Positions 61,361 to 64,000 of a DNA stretch of 64,000 bases are shown one piece after another (positions within the stretch are counted from its first letter, which is position 1; every line of letters starts with the position of its first letter). Under the pieces are notes generated by a model, which did no database searches, was not told where the DNA came from, and was given only the letters and a program-made list of their open reading frames with translations. The stretch comes from the human T2T-CHM13v2.0 reference genome, Homo sapiens, in the NCBI RefSeq assembly GCF_009914755.1, contig NC_060938.1; one strand, written 5' to 3'. A program made the position numbers and the translations under genes.

Positions 61361-61418
61361 TTTTAAAATTTCCGGTTTAAAAATTTTAAATTTTAAAATT
61401 TCCGGTTTAAAAATTTTA
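61361..61418. repeat. 30-bp tandem duplication
   Basis: ttttaaaatttccggtttaaaaatttta at 61361 and 61391. Confidence 0.9.
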
Positions 61419-61556
61419 TTTTACTAAAAAGGGAACTGTTCATTTTGTCTCTTTTATTAATTATGTTTCTGTTTATAAAGCAGAGGTAGGTGCTTACTTT
61501 CCTCTGTGTATGCAGAAAAGAAGGCCACAGAAAATGCTGAGGAAGGCAAGTAGCCC

Positions 61557-61609
61557 TGTTATAGTAGGCAGTTAGTCAGGCATGAGCAGGGCAGGAGAGG
61601 GCCCCCCGT

Positions 61610-61648
<39 letters not shown>

Positions 61649-61938
61649 CAGGAATGTCAGGTGACCATCAGGTGATGGTCAGGCAGTTGTTAACTGTTTC
61701 TCTAAAATAATAATTGGTAGCAGCCTGCATCAGGAAAAAGCAGCCTCCCAGCAGATAGAAGAAACTCGAAATTGGTGATCAGCAGCTTCCCAACTAGTTC
61801 TCAGGAGTTGGGCGAGGGGCTCAAGCATGCGCACTAAGGGGCAAAATGGCGGAGTGTAACTGGTAGATGACCTTCTTCTAGGAATGCTAGATTGGCAAGG
61901 GAAGGACGCCTTAAGTGAGCATGCGTACAACTCCAGTC
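61557..61938 (+). mobile_element. MER50-type ERV1 LTR, 5' part only
   Basis: TGTTATAGTAGGCAG..gcatgagcagggcaggagagggcccccc..ccaggaatgtcaggtgaccatcaggtgatggtcaggc. Confidence 0.8.
61611..61646. repeat. (AC)18 microsatellite
   Basis: Perfect dinucleotide run inside the LTR. Confidence 0.97.
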
Positions 61939-62398
61939 ATTTCTTACATAATTCTAATGTACTGTGCTACGACAACATCAAATATCATTGACTCTTCCCA
62001 GGGGGCTTCAGAGAAGACAGCAATATGAGCTGGAAGGACAGAACTTACAGGAGGAAACCCGGCAAAGGTGAGGCATTAAGGTAGAGGAACCAAGGGCAGG
62101 AGTACAAATCTAGGGTATTCTCGAGTGACCTGAATGTTTTCTCCCTGAAGAAACCTTACCCAGCCCAAGTGAGTTCCAGTCCATGTGCCAGTAGAAGAGA
62201 GCAATTAGGAACATGGGTGTCAGACTGAGACCCCATTCTGCCACTCAGAGGAGAGAACAAGGGCCCTAGAGCCAGTCTCTGAGGTCAAGTCCTGGCTCAA
62301 CCACTTCCTAGCTGTAGGACCCTGGGCAAGTTTACCTAACCTCCCTGTGCCCCAGGTTTCTTTTCTGTAAAATGGAAAGAATAATGGTGTTTACCTCA

Positions 62399-62727
<329 letters not shown>

Positions 62728-63334
62728 TAAAAGAGTGAATGAGATACTGGGATAAAGGGCATCACACCTGGCACGCAGGAATCTCTCAGTACACCGTGGC
62801 CACTGCTACGCTTCTGCATAACCTCACCTCCTCTCATTTCTCTCTTCTGTAAATTTGGGGTTTGGAGAGTTAAAGAGACAGGAAATCCCCTAACATAGTG
62901 CTGGCCCATAGGAGGTTCTGGGAGCTGAACCATGCAGGCTTCCGATTCCCAATCAGCAAAGGCTAACGTTGGCTGGCCAGGGGAAGGGACTCTATCTGAA
63001 AACCCTGGCCAACTCAGACCTCAGGTCACCAGGGAAAAGTTGAGGTGACAAAGTGTGCAGGTCAATTGCACTGCCTAGAGCAGTGTGCACATAGCCTAGG
63101 GGAGGGACCAACATTCAGAGAACCCCCTGACAGCAGCCTCCCCTTAAAAATCCTGAGGGACCTTGGTGAAGAAAGAAGGGCCAAGAATATTCCTACACAG
63201 AGCTAGGACTGAGGGCCTCTTGAACTCCTCAGAGAGCAGGCCTGTCTCTGGGCATCTCCATGAATTGGGCCCGCAATTGCCCTGTTAGTACAAGTCACTT
63301 CTAGTCCCTCAGGGCCCACCCAACACTCAGCTTC

Positions 63335-63560
63335 AGCTGACATTTACGTTGCGCTCACTATGTGTCGGCACTGTAGAAGCATTTTATGTGTGCTATCTCA
63401 TGCAGTCCTCGTGACAAGCCAATGAGAGCTTGATGGGCGGGGAAACAGGGGCAGAGAGAGGCTAAGGAACTTGCACAAGGCCCCAGAGCCAGCATGTGAC
63501 ACACTGAGTAGGACCCAGGCAGATGGTCAGGGCCGATGCTCATAACCGTCCCTCTACACT
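63335..63560 (-). mobile_element. MIR
   Basis: gctgacattta...cactatgtgtcggcactg...gaaacaggggcagagagaggctaaggaacttgcacaagg. Confidence 0.75.
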
Positions 63561-64000
63561 GTCTCTCACCTGGCCCACCAGGCTCTCCAGGGCCTGGAGC
63601 CCCCAGGCTGCTGGCCACTTCCTCTAGGCAGAAGTGACCCTTCCCTCTCCCAGTATACATGTGACTCTACCTGCACTCACAGAAGTCAGAAACTAGCCAG
63701 AGCCAGGTCTCCCGTGAGCCAGCAGGTGTCCCAAGAGCCAATGCCACAACCTCATGGGCGGGGTGACCACATATCACCCAGGGCCAGGCTCGGGGCCCAA
63801 GTTGCCTGTCCTCCTTGCCCACCTTTCATGGCAGCCAAAAGACTGAGCTGGCAGTGACACCTGTAGACAGCCTGCCTCCATTAAACTATCTCAGAACCAA
63901 TCCTAGGACGTGGGCTCTGGGTACTGGGCAGGCCCCAAAGCCACCTCCCACCCCCAAATAGGAAGCCAACTCCTGGTACAACTCACCAGCCCCAGGGCAG

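Overview
This is human genomic DNA. An AluYb9-type element at 3995-4308 belongs to a human-specific subfamily, and the Alu/L1/L2/MIR/MaLR/ERV content is typically primate. The window is mostly non-coding and dense in transposon relics, and I found no intact protein-coding exon that I can recognise. Main landmarks: (1) a CpG-island promoter at ~43.7-44.25 kb with nine same-strand GC boxes and a perfect NRF1 palindrome, with splice signals suggesting transcription in both directions; (2) a full-length processed RPS18 pseudogene (51966-52531; nonsense at codon 14; 12-bp TSD) nested in an old, internally deleted L1 that also carries two MaLR LTRs and four Alus; (3) a near-pristine AluYb9 that may be polymorphic; (4) a 52-bp minisatellite formed across an Alu/flank junction; (5) a cluster of perfect AT palindromes at ~57.4 kb; (6) several repeat-free blocks with exon-like splice signals on the minus strand. 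I cannot name the host gene. I see no evidence of a new multi-gene system; the findings are retrotransposition histories, candidate variable loci and speculative non-coding exons. Repeat family names come from remembered consensus sequences, not a search, and boundaries of old repeats are approximate.
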